The position numbers and the translations under genes were made by a program. Source: a bacterium (GTDB lineage Bacteria > Fidelibacterota > Marinisomatia > Marinisomatales > UBA1611). From it: a stretch of DNA of 64,000 nucleotides. Each line of letters begins with the position of its first letter. Position 1 is the stretch's first letter. Positions 1 to 9,542 of this stretch are shown one piece after another. The notes under the pieces were generated by a model. The model had not been told where the DNA came from and ran no database searches. It worked only from the letters and a program-made list of their open reading frames with translations. Location of the stretch: positions 2,618-66,617 of the forward strand of contig JAYPIC010000001.1 of assembly GCA_038127595.1 (NCBI GenBank). Direction: 5' to 3'.

Positions 1-668
1 ATGTATCCTATAGATTCGAAAGGGTTAACAACTAAGGATGTTATATTTTTTAAATGAGCACCTATTCGTTTAAGATATCTTGCATAAAGTGCTACGGATG
101 CTGTTTTGTTTTCTTTGCCAATCTCTACATCGCCTGAAATGGATGCTGCCACTAATTTGTCAGATATTTTACCTAGGTCATCTCTATAAGATGCTATGAG
201 TTCATCGGCTAAGTTTTCGTCCATATTTTCTACAGCTTTTATTGTAGATGAAAATCGATCAATCACAGTTTCTTCAATCATTTTTAAATCTTCTGAAAAC
301 TTTTCTGATTTAAACTTTTTAGGATAATTCATAGCCAAGTCCAAAATATTTTTTGAGTAGTCCCCAATGCGTTCTATATCAACAACGGTATTAATTAATA
401 CCAATCCAGAGTCAATGTTAGTTACATCTTTTGACACAGAGTAGTATGTAACTACTTTTTTTCTAATTTCTCGGTGGTAGTCATTTATTTTTTCATCTCG
501 CAATTTTATACTTTTTAGTACTTTATTTTTTTCCCCCGACCTTAGTGCTTCTACTGCATCGTTAAACATTTCATGAGATAGATGAAGCATATCGTTTGAT
601 TCGCTCCAAGCCTGAGAGAGACTATCTTCCGACTTCCAAATATTTACAAGATCTCTAAATACTGACAT
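1..668 (-). CDS. PhoU-domain protein, 3' end runs off the window
   Basis: Not in the ORF track. Hand translation from ATG at 668 (SD GGAGG upstream): MSVFRDLVNIWK...RDEKINDYHREIR...VVDIERIGDYSKNI...YLKRIGAHLKNI. The two (E/K)RIG(D/A)xxxNI motifs are typical of PhoU repeats. Confidence 0.85.
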   Translation of the reverse strand, partial: MSVFRDLVNIWKSEDSLSQAWSESNDMLHLSHEMFNDAVEALRSGEKNKVLKSIKLRDEKINDYHREIRKKVVTYYSVSKDVTNIDSGLVLINTVVDIERIGDYSKNILDLAMNYPKKFKSEKFSEDLKMIEETVIDRFSSTIKAVENMDENLADELIASYRDDLGKISDKLVAASISGDVEIGKENKTASVALYARYLKRIGAHLKNITSLVVNPFESIGY

Positions 669-692
669 AATTCCTCCATTGAATGAAAATGA

Positions 693-1796
693 TTATCTTC
701 CAAAATAAATGATGAAAAGTGGTAACAAAACAAAAATAAAGAAAAGATAAAGTAGTGGTAAATATTTTTTTGTGACAGCTTGTTCTGAAATTATTTCTGC
801 ACATTTAAGAGGTATGTTTCGTAAAGCAGGTATACAATAAATAATCACAATTCCTGAAATATTAAAAAGCAAATGACTGAAAGCAGCAACCAAAGCTGAC
901 ACTGTTCCAGTTATTGCAGCTAACAGTGCTGTTACAGTAGTACCAATATTTGCTCCAAGTGTGAATGGAAAAATTTGCCTTAATGTTAAAACGCCCGCGC
1001 CAGCTAAAGGCACTACTAAAGAAGTTGTAATAGATGAGCTTTGCACCATTATTGTGATAATGATTCCAAATAGCATTGCTTTGACTGCTGTATTAAATAT
1101 GTATTGATCAAAAAACCCCTCAATCTTTTTTAAAACTAAACTTTTTAAAAGTTTTACAATGCTATATAACATCATAAATGTTATAAAAACGCTTATTATT
1201 AGATATACTATATCATTATCAAAACTAAATTTTTGAAGAAAATTTGCTCCGGATTTAACCGCTAATTTTATTGGGCTTTTTGCTTGAAGCACTTCTATGT
1301 TATCAATTTTTCCAAATATTTTTAATGCAAACCACTCTGATGTTCTTTGTAGTGGGTGAAAGAGCATTTCAATTGGGAAAACAATAATTACCGCTAAAAT
1401 ATTAAAAAAATCATGAACTGTTGAAGCAGCAAAAGCTCTTTTAAACTCAGTACCTTTGTTTATGTGTCCCACTGACACTATTGTATTCGTTACTGTTGTC
1501 CCAATGTTTGCTCCCATTATCATAGGGATTGAGCTAGCTATAGTTAGGCTGCCACTACTAACCATTCCAACTATCAAGGATGTAGTTGTCGATGAACTTT
1601 GAAAAAGTACTGTAGCAAAAATACCAATAAATAATGCTATAAAAGGATCGCTAGTAGTAGTTAATACTGTTTCTGCAAAATCAGAACCCATTCGTTTTAT
1701 CGCTGATGACATACCTGCAATACCAACTAAAAAGAGATAAAGCGCTGAAAAAATTCCAGTCGACTTTAATAAAATTTTTATTGTGTCGTTGTTCAT
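693..1796 (-). CDS. Na+/phosphate symporter (NptA / SLC34 family), short form
   Basis: Two QSSS inverted-repeat motifs (FQSSSTTTS, VQSSSITTS) and two GANIGTT motifs; highly hydrophobic. Confidence 0.92.
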   Translation of the reverse strand: MNNDTIKILLKSTGIFSALYLFLVGIAGMSSAIKRMGSDFAETVLTTTSDPFIALFIGIFATVLFQSSSTTTSLIVGMVSSGSLTIASSIPMIMGANIGTTVTNTIVSVGHINKGTEFKRAFAASTVHDFFNILAVIIVFPIEMLFHPLQRTSEWFALKIFGKIDNIEVLQAKSPIKLAVKSGANFLQKFSFDNDIVYLIISVFITFMMLYSIVKLLKSLVLKKIEGFFDQYIFNTAVKAMLFGIIITIMVQSSSITTSLVVPLAGAGVLTLRQIFPFTLGANIGTTVTALLAAITGTVSALVAAFSHLLFNISGIVIIYCIPALRNIPLKCAEIISEQAVTKKYLPLLYLFFIFVLLPLFIIYFGR

Positions 1797-1817
1797 TAAA
1801 CCTTTTGTTGTAGAGCT

Positions 1818-1860
1818 ATTTTAATTAAGAAAGGTTAGTTTTATGTTAGGCTCATGTAAA
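1818..1860 (-). promoter_or_regulatory. Pho-box-like triple direct repeat plus candidate -10 element
   Basis: Minus strand reads TTTACAT-gagc-CTAACAT-aaaa-CTAACCT (11-bp period), then TAAAAT at 1823-1818, directly upstream of the phosphate symporter. Confidence 0.6.
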
Positions 1861-1861
1861 A

Positions 1862-2842
1862 TTATTTTATACCAGCCTTTAGAATATCGTGAATGTGAAT
1901 TACGCCATCAGGCTTTTTAAGGTTTTCTGAAGAATAAACAAATAAGCTGGTGATGTTATATTCTTCCATAAGCTCTAAAGCTGTTATTGCTAATGTGTCT
2001 GAAGAAATGACCTTTGGGTTAGCAGACATAAAGTCTTTTGCTGTTTTATCAAAGATGTTATTACCATTTTGCTCTACGCCTCTTCTAATATCTCCATCAG
2101 TAATAATGCCGACTAGGGTGTCATTTTTATCTAACACTCCAGTTATGCCTAATCCTTTTTCTGATATTGTTAGAAGAGAATCTTTGAGGCTTGTATGATC
2201 TTTCACAAAAGGGATGTTTTCACCTTTATGAACTAATTGATCCACACTTAATAAAAGTTTTTTCCCTAAAGAACCTCCTGGATGCAGTTCAGCAAAGTCT
2301 TGTGCATCAAATCCTCTATTTTCCAGAAGTGCCACTGCCAAAGCATCTCCCATAGCTAGCGTAGCAGTGGTGCTTGCAGTAGGGGCAAGGTCAAGAGGGC
2401 ATGCTTCTTTTTCAACGGAAGTATCTAGAGCATGATCAACACTGTTAAACAAAGTTGAATTTTCTTTACCAAACATGCCAATTATAGGAATCATTTTTTT
2501 CTTTAGCGCTGGAATAATTTGAAGGAGCTCATGTGTTTCACCGCTATTACTGATCATTAAAACAACATCATTTTTTGTTATCATCCCAAGGTCACCATGA
2601 AATGCATCAGCGGGATGTACAAAATGAGATGGTGTGCCGGTAGAAGACATGGTAGCGGCAATTTTTTGTGAAATTAGGCCCGATTTTCCCATCCCAAGGA
2701 TGATTAACCTCCCACTGCAGCTAAGAATTGAACTTACAGCATCTTCAAAACTTTTACCTATTTTATCTGCTATAGCAGCAACAGCCTTTGATTCTATATC
2801 AATTACATTTTTAGCAATATCTATATTTTTTGAATTACTCAT
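1862..2842 (-). CDS. kdsD: Arabinose-5-phosphate isomerase (KdsD/KpsF/GutQ family)
   Basis: SIS domain (GMGKSGL, HGDLG, KEACPLDLAPTAST, HPGGSLG) plus a C-terminal CBS pair. Confidence 0.92.
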   Translation of the reverse strand: MSNSKNIDIAKNVIDIESKAVAAIADKIGKSFEDAVSSILSCSGRLIILGMGKSGLISQKIAATMSSTGTPSHFVHPADAFHGDLGMITKNDVVLMISNSGETHELLQIIPALKKKMIPIIGMFGKENSTLFNSVDHALDTSVEKEACPLDLAPTASTTATLAMGDALAVALLENRGFDAQDFAELHPGGSLGKKLLLSVDQLVHKGENIPFVKDHTSLKDSLLTISEKGLGITGVLDKNDTLVGIITDGDIRRGVEQNGNNIFDKTAKDFMSANPKVISSDTLAITALELMEEYNITSLFVYSSENLKKPDGVIHIHDILKAGIK

Positions 2843-2889
2843 AAAATAAATTTAAGAATAAAGTATGTCCACATGTGTAGTATAACTTA

Positions 2890-4446
2890 TTAATGTTTAA
2901 AACATCTTTGCCCAGTAAATACCATAGCAATTCCATGTTCGTTGCATGCAGATATAACTTCATCATCCCTAACTGAACCTCCTGGCTGAAGTACTGCTTT
3001 TATTCCACTTCCAGCAATTTTATCAATGCTATCCCTAAAAGGGAAAAAAGCATCAGAGCACAATATGGAATCTTTAATTGATTCACCCGATTTTTTCATA
3101 GCAATATCAACTGAATCAACTCTGCTTACTTGTCCTGCTCCTACGCCGACTGTTGTATTATCTTTAACGATTAGTATGCCATTTGATTTAACGTGTTTCA
3201 ATACTTTCCACCCAAAAAGCATTGTTTTCATATCATTATCTGATGGCTTATTTTCTGTAACAACTTGTAGATTTTCCTCTGATAAAATACTTGTGTCCGT
3301 TTCTTGCACAATTACACCACCTACTACATTTCTAATTTCTAACAACTGCTCACGAGATTGAATATTTCCGACTTCAAGTACACGGAGATTTTTCTTTTTT
3401 GAAAAGATCTCTAATGATTTTTTAGTGAATGCTGGTGCTAACACAATTTCAACAAAAACCTTTGAGATTTCTTCAGCAAGAATGTCATCACAAGGTTGGT
3501 TTATTGCTATAATGCCTCCAAATGCTGAAAGACTATCTGCGTTAAATGCTCTTTTATATACATTTAACATATTGGCACCTAGGGCTACTCCGCAGGGATT
3601 AGCGTGTTTAACAATTACACAAGCTGTTGAATTAAACTCTTTTAAACAAGAAAGGGCAGCGTCAGCATCCATTATATTATTATAAGATAACTTTTTCCCT
3701 TGGTGGATTTTTGCATTAAGAATGTTATTTGACCTATCTCCAGGAATGGTATAAGCAGCTGCAGCTTGATGGGGGTTCTCTCCATATCTCATTTCTGAAT
3801 GTTTAGAGAATGTCAACGTAAAATCATCAGAAAGCTTATCTGGCTTTAGGTAATTATGGATGATAGTATCATATTGAGCTGTATGGCCGAATGCCTTTGC
3901 AGAGAAAAACGATCGAGAATCAAAATCGATCTCATTTTCATCAGTAATATTTTCTAATAGATAATCATAATCATTAGGGTCAACTATTACAGTCACCCAT
4001 CCAACATTTTTAGCCGCACTTCTAATCATTGTCGGGCCACCAATGTCTACGTTCTCTAGCGCTAAAGCCTGGTCACAATCATTTTTTGAAATTGTTTCAG
4101 AAAAAGGGTAGAGGTTACATATTACAATGTCAATCCATTTGATATTATTATCTTTAGCATCCTTTTCATGTTTATCTCGAAGCCCAAGTATTCCCCCCTC
4201 AACTAATGGATTGATTGTCTTAACTCTCCCATCCATGATCTCAGGAAAGTTAGTATAGTCACTCACATCAGTAACTTTTATATTTTTGTCTCTTAAAAAT
4301 TTAGCACTCCCTCCAGTAGATATAATTTCAATTCCTCTTGAAACAAATTCTTTGGCAAGTTTGTCTAAACCTGTTTTATCAAAAACAGAGATTAAAGCGC
4401 GATTAATTTTTATATTCTCATTATTTAATTGTGGGTTTTCTAACAT
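2890..4446 (-). CDS. purH: Bifunctional AICAR transformylase / IMP cyclohydrolase
   Basis: RALISVFDK, DGRVKT, DIGGPTMIRSAAKN, RYGENPHQ, KHANPCG, SDAFFPF, C-terminal RCFKH. Confidence 0.97.
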   Translation of the reverse strand: MLENPQLNNENIKINRALISVFDKTGLDKLAKEFVSRGIEIISTGGSAKFLRDKNIKVTDVSDYTNFPEIMDGRVKTINPLVEGGILGLRDKHEKDAKDNNIKWIDIVICNLYPFSETISKNDCDQALALENVDIGGPTMIRSAAKNVGWVTVIVDPNDYDYLLENITDENEIDFDSRSFFSAKAFGHTAQYDTIIHNYLKPDKLSDDFTLTFSKHSEMRYGENPHQAAAAYTIPGDRSNNILNAKIHQGKKLSYNNIMDADAALSCLKEFNSTACVIVKHANPCGVALGANMLNVYKRAFNADSLSAFGGIIAINQPCDDILAEEISKVFVEIVLAPAFTKKSLEIFSKKKNLRVLEVGNIQSREQLLEIRNVVGGVIVQETDTSILSEENLQVVTENKPSDNDMKTMLFGWKVLKHVKSNGILIVKDNTTVGVGAGQVSRVDSVDIAMKKSGESIKDSILCSDAFFPFRDSIDKIAGSGIKAVLQPGGSVRDDEVISACNEHGIAMVFTGQRCFKH

Positions 4447-4448
4447 AT

Positions 4449-5021
4449 CTATTTATTAGTTATTAGGTTAATTGCTTCTATGAATGCTTGTCCTTCTAAA
4501 GCTTGGACTCTTTTTTTTAGAGTATCAATGTTATCATTAGGACCTACTTTACATGACTTTTGAACTAGAATAGGGCCGCCGTCTACCTCCTCAGTCACAA
4601 AGTGTATAGTGCACCCTGTTTCATCATCGCCATTAGCGAGTACTTCTTCATGGACATTCGTATCCATACCCCCAGCATATTTTGGGAGAAGAGAGGGATG
4701 AACATTTAATATTTTATCTCTCCAGTTATGGCAAAACTCATCAGATAATATTCTCATAAAACCTATTAGTAATATCAAATCAACTTCATTCTTATTTAGC
4801 AGGTTTGTCACTTCCTGGTCAAATTCTTGTCTAGATTTTCCTTTATGGCGAATATATTGAGTATTCACTCCATGTTTTTTTGCTCGTTCTAATATGTAAG
4901 CATTTTTTTTATTTGAAATAACAATACTTACAGAAGCTTTAATTAATTTTTGATCAATAGCATCTAAAATTGCTTGTAGGTCAGTACCATTTGTAGATCC
5001 TAAAACGCCAAGCTTTATCAT
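4449..5021 (-). CDS. purN: Phosphoribosylglycinamide formyltransferase
   Basis: GSTNGTDLQA, NVHPSLLP, GCTIHFVTEEVDGGP. Confidence 0.95.
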   Translation of the reverse strand: MIKLGVLGSTNGTDLQAILDAIDQKLIKASVSIVISNKKNAYILERAKKHGVNTQYIRHKGKSRQEFDQEVTNLLNKNEVDLILLIGFMRILSDEFCHNWRDKILNVHPSLLPKYAGGMDTNVHEEVLANGDDETGCTIHFVTEEVDGGPILVQKSCKVGPNDNIDTLKKRVQALEGQAFIEAINLITNK

Positions 5022-6328
5022 TTAAGGGATGACATATGGTTTAATTTTTTTTGTATTAGATTTGTAGTGCCTATGTCTTTTCTATGGAAAAGCGGACCTT
5101 TCACTTTTAATATGTTTTTTTCAGCAATTTGTTCAGCTTCCCAAATTGTTTCACCATGCCCAACCACGGCTATAGCACGACTTCCTATTTGTATCAGGTT
5201 ATCGTTTTTATTTTCAACAGATGCATAAAATAATATATTTTTATTTTTTACTTCAGATACATCGATTTGATGTCCTTTTACTGGATCATCTGGATACCCT
5301 TCAGGTACAGCGTATTTACATACAGTTGCTAAATTTTTAAAAACTATTTTAGTATTATTAAGGTTTTCTGAAATGATTGCTTCACAAATTTCGATCAAGT
5401 CTGAATCTAATATTGACAAAACATTCATTGCCTCGGGGTCACCAAAACGTGCGTTATACTCTATTAATTCCACTCCTGCATTAGTTGCGATAAAGCCACC
5501 ATATAGTATTCCTTTGTAACCTTCTCCAAATTTATGTTTTAATGCTTTTGCAGTCTTTTCATTTATTTTTTGAGCTGATTCAATATGGTTTTTTTCTAAG
5601 AAGGGTAGACTATGATCAGAGTCTGAATATGTTCCCATACCTCCGGTGTTTGGACCTGTGTCGTTTTCATAGGCTCTTTTATGATCCTGAACTGCTGGCA
5701 TATGAACAAGGTTTTCGCCATCACTGAAACTCATCAAAGAGAATTCTTCACCAATTAGCTTTCGCTCTATTACAAAATGGCCTCCATCTTCAATTAGTTC
5801 TTTGCAGTATGATAAAGCTTCTTCATGGCTATGCAGATGATCCCCAGCAACTTTAACTCCCTTACCGCCAGCTAATCCATCATATTTAACAACATAGTTA
5901 TCGCCTAAAAGAGATAAAAAATCCTCCACACCTTCCATATTTGTAAATGTTTTGAATTTTGGACAACCTGGAATTTTATACTCTCTTAAAAGGTTTCTTG
6001 TAAATGACTTTGAAGTTTCGATTTGAGCTAGATTTTTCTTTGGACCAATAACTCCTATTCCAGCTTCCCATAAAGAGTCTGCAACACCATACGCTAAGGG
6101 GTTTTCTGGTCCAATTATTGCAATGTTAATACTTTGTTTTATTGAATAGTCTTTAATTATTTCTGAGTTATTAATATCTATAATTTTTAACTCATTGCAG
6201 ATATCTGATATGCCGGGATTATTATTGCTAGCCAGGCAATATATCTCTTTTTCTTTTTTTGATTTATTTAAAGACTTGATAATTGCATGCTCTCTAGCAC
6301 CTGACCCTATAACTAAAATTTTTACCAT
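5018..6328 (-). CDS. purD: Phosphoribosylamine--glycine ligase
   Basis: GSGAREH, IGPENPL, DGLAGGKGV, QDHKR, GPNTGGMG, EYNARFGDPE. Confidence 0.96.
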   Translation of the reverse strand: MVKILVIGSGAREHAIIKSLNKSKKEKEIYCLASNNNPGISDICNELKIIDINNSEIIKDYSIKQSINIAIIGPENPLAYGVADSLWEAGIGVIGPKKNLAQIETSKSFTRNLLREYKIPGCPKFKTFTNMEGVEDFLSLLGDNYVVKYDGLAGGKGVKVAGDHLHSHEEALSYCKELIEDGGHFVIERKLIGEEFSLMSFSDGENLVHMPAVQDHKRAYENDTGPNTGGMGTYSDSDHSLPFLEKNHIESAQKINEKTAKALKHKFGEGYKGILYGGFIATNAGVELIEYNARFGDPEAMNVLSILDSDLIEICEAIISENLNNTKIVFKNLATVCKYAVPEGYPDDPVKGHQIDVSEVKNKNILFYASVENKNDNLIQIGSRAIAVVGHGETIWEAEQIAEKNILKVKGPLFHRKDIGTTNLIQKKLNHMSSLK

Positions 6329-6347
6329 TATTTTAAAAAGAGATTAA

Positions 6348-7802
6348 TTATCGTTTAATGTCTTGCCTACTGTCTTCTAGTTTTTGCAAATACTTTTTCG
6401 TTACAAAAGAATCACAATAAATACCTGTAAAGACTGAATCTTCAAATTTTGTTATTTTTGGATTACCAATGCTTGCCGATGATCTAAGATCATCAAGGTC
6501 TTGGTAAATCAATTCATCTGCCCCAATAAAGTTTTTTATTTGCCTTATTGTTCTGTTATGAGCAACCAGCTCTTTTATTGCAGGCATATCAATTCCAAAG
6601 ACGTTCTGAAATCTTATTGGGGGACTAGCCGAAGCAAAAAATACTTTTTTAGCTCCATTGTCTCTCACCATTTGAATAATTTTTTTTGAGGTATGCCCCC
6701 TTACAATTGAATCATCAACTAATAACACATTCTTATCCTTAAATTCAATTTCTATTGGGTTTAGTTTTTGGGCAACCGATCTTTTTCTAATACTTTGGCC
6801 AGGCATGATAAACGTTCTTCCTATGTACCGGTTTTTCATAAAACCCTCGCGATATTTTACCCCAAGTTTATAAGCAACCTGCATTGCAGAAGTTCTACTT
6901 GTATCGGGTACGGGTATAACCACATCAACTTCGAGGTCTTTGAAGTCTCTTAGAATTTTTTCACCTAAAAAATCTCCCATTCGTAATCTTGATTTATGTA
7001 CAGATATTTCATCTATAGTAGAATCAGGCCTAGAAAAATATACATATTCAAAAAGGCAAGGTTGGTTAATTGATCCTTTTATTGGTCTTTTTTTATCAAC
7101 ATTTCCTTGTTCATCGATTATTACTACTTGTCCAGGTTTTATATCACTTTCTAATTCGTATCCCATTGCTGTTATAGCACTACTCTCAGATGCAATTAAA
7201 TATGAGTTTTTATATTTCCCTAAAGATAAAGGTCTAATACCTTTTGTATCTCTAAAGGCAACCAAACCAATTCCGGCAACGATCATAACTACTGCATAAC
7301 CACCAGAACATTTTTGAAATACATTATTAAGTGCTTTATAAACATGTGTTTTAGTTAATTTTCTAAAGTTAGTTTTATAAAGCTCATAGCAAAATTGTTT
7401 CAGTAAAACTTCCGAATCAGAGTTTGTATTAAACTGGCAAAAATTTATTCTAATCAGTTCTTCTTTTAATTTTTCACTATTTGTTAGTGTACCGTTGTGT
7501 GCCAGAGAAATATTAACTGGATTTGCAGTGAAAAAAGGTTGAGCCTCGCTCACATTATCACCCCCAGCAGTAGGGTAGCGAACATGTCCAATCCCAATAT
7601 TCCCTGCTAACTTATCAAAAGTTGTTTGGTGTTTAAAAACTTCTGTTACTAATCCTGTGTATTTATGTGTTGATATTTTTTCAGTATCCCATGTGGATAT
7701 ACCTGCAGCATCTTGCCCTCTATGTTGTACTTGAATCAGGGCATCGTATACATCACCACAAGCTGGTTCTTTCTTATGATATATGCCAACTATGCCACAC
7801 AT
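6348..7802 (-). CDS. purF: Amidophosphoribosyltransferase
   Basis: N-terminal MCGIVG nucleophile, QHRGQDAAG, HVRYPTAG, PRPP motif VDDSIVRG. Confidence 0.97.
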   Translation of the reverse strand: MCGIVGIYHKKEPACGDVYDALIQVQHRGQDAAGISTWDTEKISTHKYTGLVTEVFKHQTTFDKLAGNIGIGHVRYPTAGGDNVSEAQPFFTANPVNISLAHNGTLTNSEKLKEELIRINFCQFNTNSDSEVLLKQFCYELYKTNFRKLTKTHVYKALNNVFQKCSGGYAVVMIVAGIGLVAFRDTKGIRPLSLGKYKNSYLIASESSAITAMGYELESDIKPGQVVIIDEQGNVDKKRPIKGSINQPCLFEYVYFSRPDSTIDEISVHKSRLRMGDFLGEKILRDFKDLEVDVVIPVPDTSRTSAMQVAYKLGVKYREGFMKNRYIGRTFIMPGQSIRKRSVAQKLNPIEIEFKDKNVLLVDDSIVRGHTSKKIIQMVRDNGAKKVFFASASPPIRFQNVFGIDMPAIKELVAHNRTIRQIKNFIGADELIYQDLDDLRSSASIGNPKITKFEDSVFTGIYCDSFVTKKYLQKLEDSRQDIKR

Positions 7803-9163
7803 TATTTTAGATCTATAAGTTTTGAAGCTATACCCGTGTATGCTTCTGGTGTGAGATTTATTAGTTTATCTTTTTCTTCTTTAGAAATATGAAGAAGTTT
7901 TACAAAATCAGTTATTGAAGATTGAGTTATTTCTGTCCCTTGGGTCATATTCTTTAATTGTTCATAGGCATTATCAGAGCCTGTTTTTCGTAAAACAGTT
8001 TGAATAGCCTCAGCTAATACTTCCCAGTGTTCGTTTAGCTCAGTTTTCATTTTTGGTTTATTAACAGTTATTCTGCTCAATCCTTTCAATATATTTTTTA
8101 ATGCTATGTAGCTGTAACCCATGGCCACACCTTGGTTTCTTAAGGTAGTGCTATCTGTTAAATCTCTTTGCATTCTAGATATAGGAAGTTTATTGGATAG
8201 GTGGTTTAATGTGGCATTAGCTAAGCCTAAATTACCTTCAGCATTTTCAAATTGTATCGGATTGATCTTATGCGGCATCGTTGATGAGCCAACTTCGCCT
8301 GGTATTTTTTTTTGCTTTAATATTCCTCTACTTACATACGACCAAATATCTCTACACATATCTATTAAAATGTTATTAACTCTAATGATAGAGTGAAAAC
8401 TTTCTACAACTGAATCATGTGGCTCTATTTGTGTTGTAACAAGGTTTGGCTTAAGTCCTAAAGAGGAAACAAAATTTTTGGTAAACTGTATCCAGTTTAC
8501 ATTTGGGTGTGAAATTGAGTGTGCTGCCCATGTCCCTGTAGCACCGCCAAATTTCCCAAGAAGAGTATGATTTTTCATAGTACTATATTGTCTGTTAAGC
8601 CTATGCACAAAAACGTAAATTTCTTTTCCAAATGTTGTTGGTGTTGCAGATTGACCATGTGTAAGAGATAACATAGGTGTCTCAGAAAATTGCTTACTTA
8701 TTGTTTTTAATTTTTTAATTACATTATTTAATGTGGGAAGAAATTCATTTTTAAATGCTTCTTGCCACATCAAAGAGTAAGATAGATTGTTTATATCTTC
8801 AGATGTAAGGGCAAAATGAATCCAGGGGAACAACCGTTTTTTATTCATTTTTTCTAGTTTTTCTCTGATGAAATACTCCACGGCTTTAACGTCGTGGTTT
8901 GTAGCTTCTTCTATAGCTTTTACTCTTCTTGAATCCTCCAAATTAAAAGAAGTATATATCTTTCGGAGTTTTTGCTGATCTTTTTCAGAAAAAGGATTTA
9001 ACTCTTTGATTCCTTTTTCTAAAGAAAGAGAAATCAAATATTCTATTTCAATCTTAGTTCTATACCGTATTAATGCATGTTCAGAGAAATAATCAGAAAG
9101 AGGTTCTGTACTTTTTGAATATCTCCCATCAAGGGGAGAAATAGCTTTTAACGAATCAGGCAC
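7802..9163 (-). CDS. purB: Adenylosuccinate lyase
   Basis: AISPLDGRY, TNHDVKAVEY, SSTMPHKINP. Start moved to the GTG at 9163, which overlaps the purE stop. Confidence 0.95.
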   Translation of the reverse strand: MPDSLKAISPLDGRYSKSTEPLSDYFSEHALIRYRTKIEIEYLISLSLEKGIKELNPFSEKDQQKLRKIYTSFNLEDSRRVKAIEEATNHDVKAVEYFIREKLEKMNKKRLFPWIHFALTSEDINNLSYSLMWQEAFKNEFLPTLNNVIKKLKTISKQFSETPMLSLTHGQSATPTTFGKEIYVFVHRLNRQYSTMKNHTLLGKFGGATGTWAAHSISHPNVNWIQFTKNFVSSLGLKPNLVTTQIEPHDSVVESFHSIIRVNNILIDMCRDIWSYVSRGILKQKKIPGEVGSSTMPHKINPIQFENAEGNLGLANATLNHLSNKLPISRMQRDLTDSTTLRNQGVAMGYSYIALKNILKGLSRITVNKPKMKTELNEHWEVLAEAIQTVLRKTGSDNAYEQLKNMTQGTEITQSSITDFVKLLHISKEEKDKLINLTPEAYTGIASKLIDLK

Positions 9164-9542
9164 CAAAGATTCTTTTAACAGCAAGAGCACAGTTTCCTGG
9201 GTCAATTACTGTTAATACAGGTGTTTGGCTTGGCATTTGAAGTGTGGAATGAATGTTGACTAGCATGTCAGCCTTATCGGAAAAAGGTGGACATCCTATC
9301 GTTGGGAATTTAGAATTAGCAGCTACAAACCCTGATAAAGCATTAGATCTACCAGCTATTGTGACATATACAATGTCTTTCTCATTTTTATTAGCTTCTA
9401 ATATTTCTAATACTTTTAAAGGTTGTTTGTGAGCTGATGCAGCATGCTGCTCCCAAGGAATGTTGTATTCGTCTAATTTGTCTGTGATTTTTTTTGCATG
9501 TGGCTCATCGAAAGTAGAGCCCATTATTAATATTGTTTTCAT
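9156..9542 (-). CDS. purE: AIR carboxylase, class II-type PurE
   Basis: MGSTFD, SAHK, AGRSNALSG (class II signature), GCPP, STLQMPS. Confidence 0.9.
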   Translation of the reverse strand: MKTILIMGSTFDEPHAKKITDKLDEYNIPWEQHAASAHKQPLKVLEILEANKNEKDIVYVTIAGRSNALSGFVAANSKFPTIGCPPFSDKADMLVNIHSTLQMPSQTPVLTVIDPGNCALAVKRIFGA

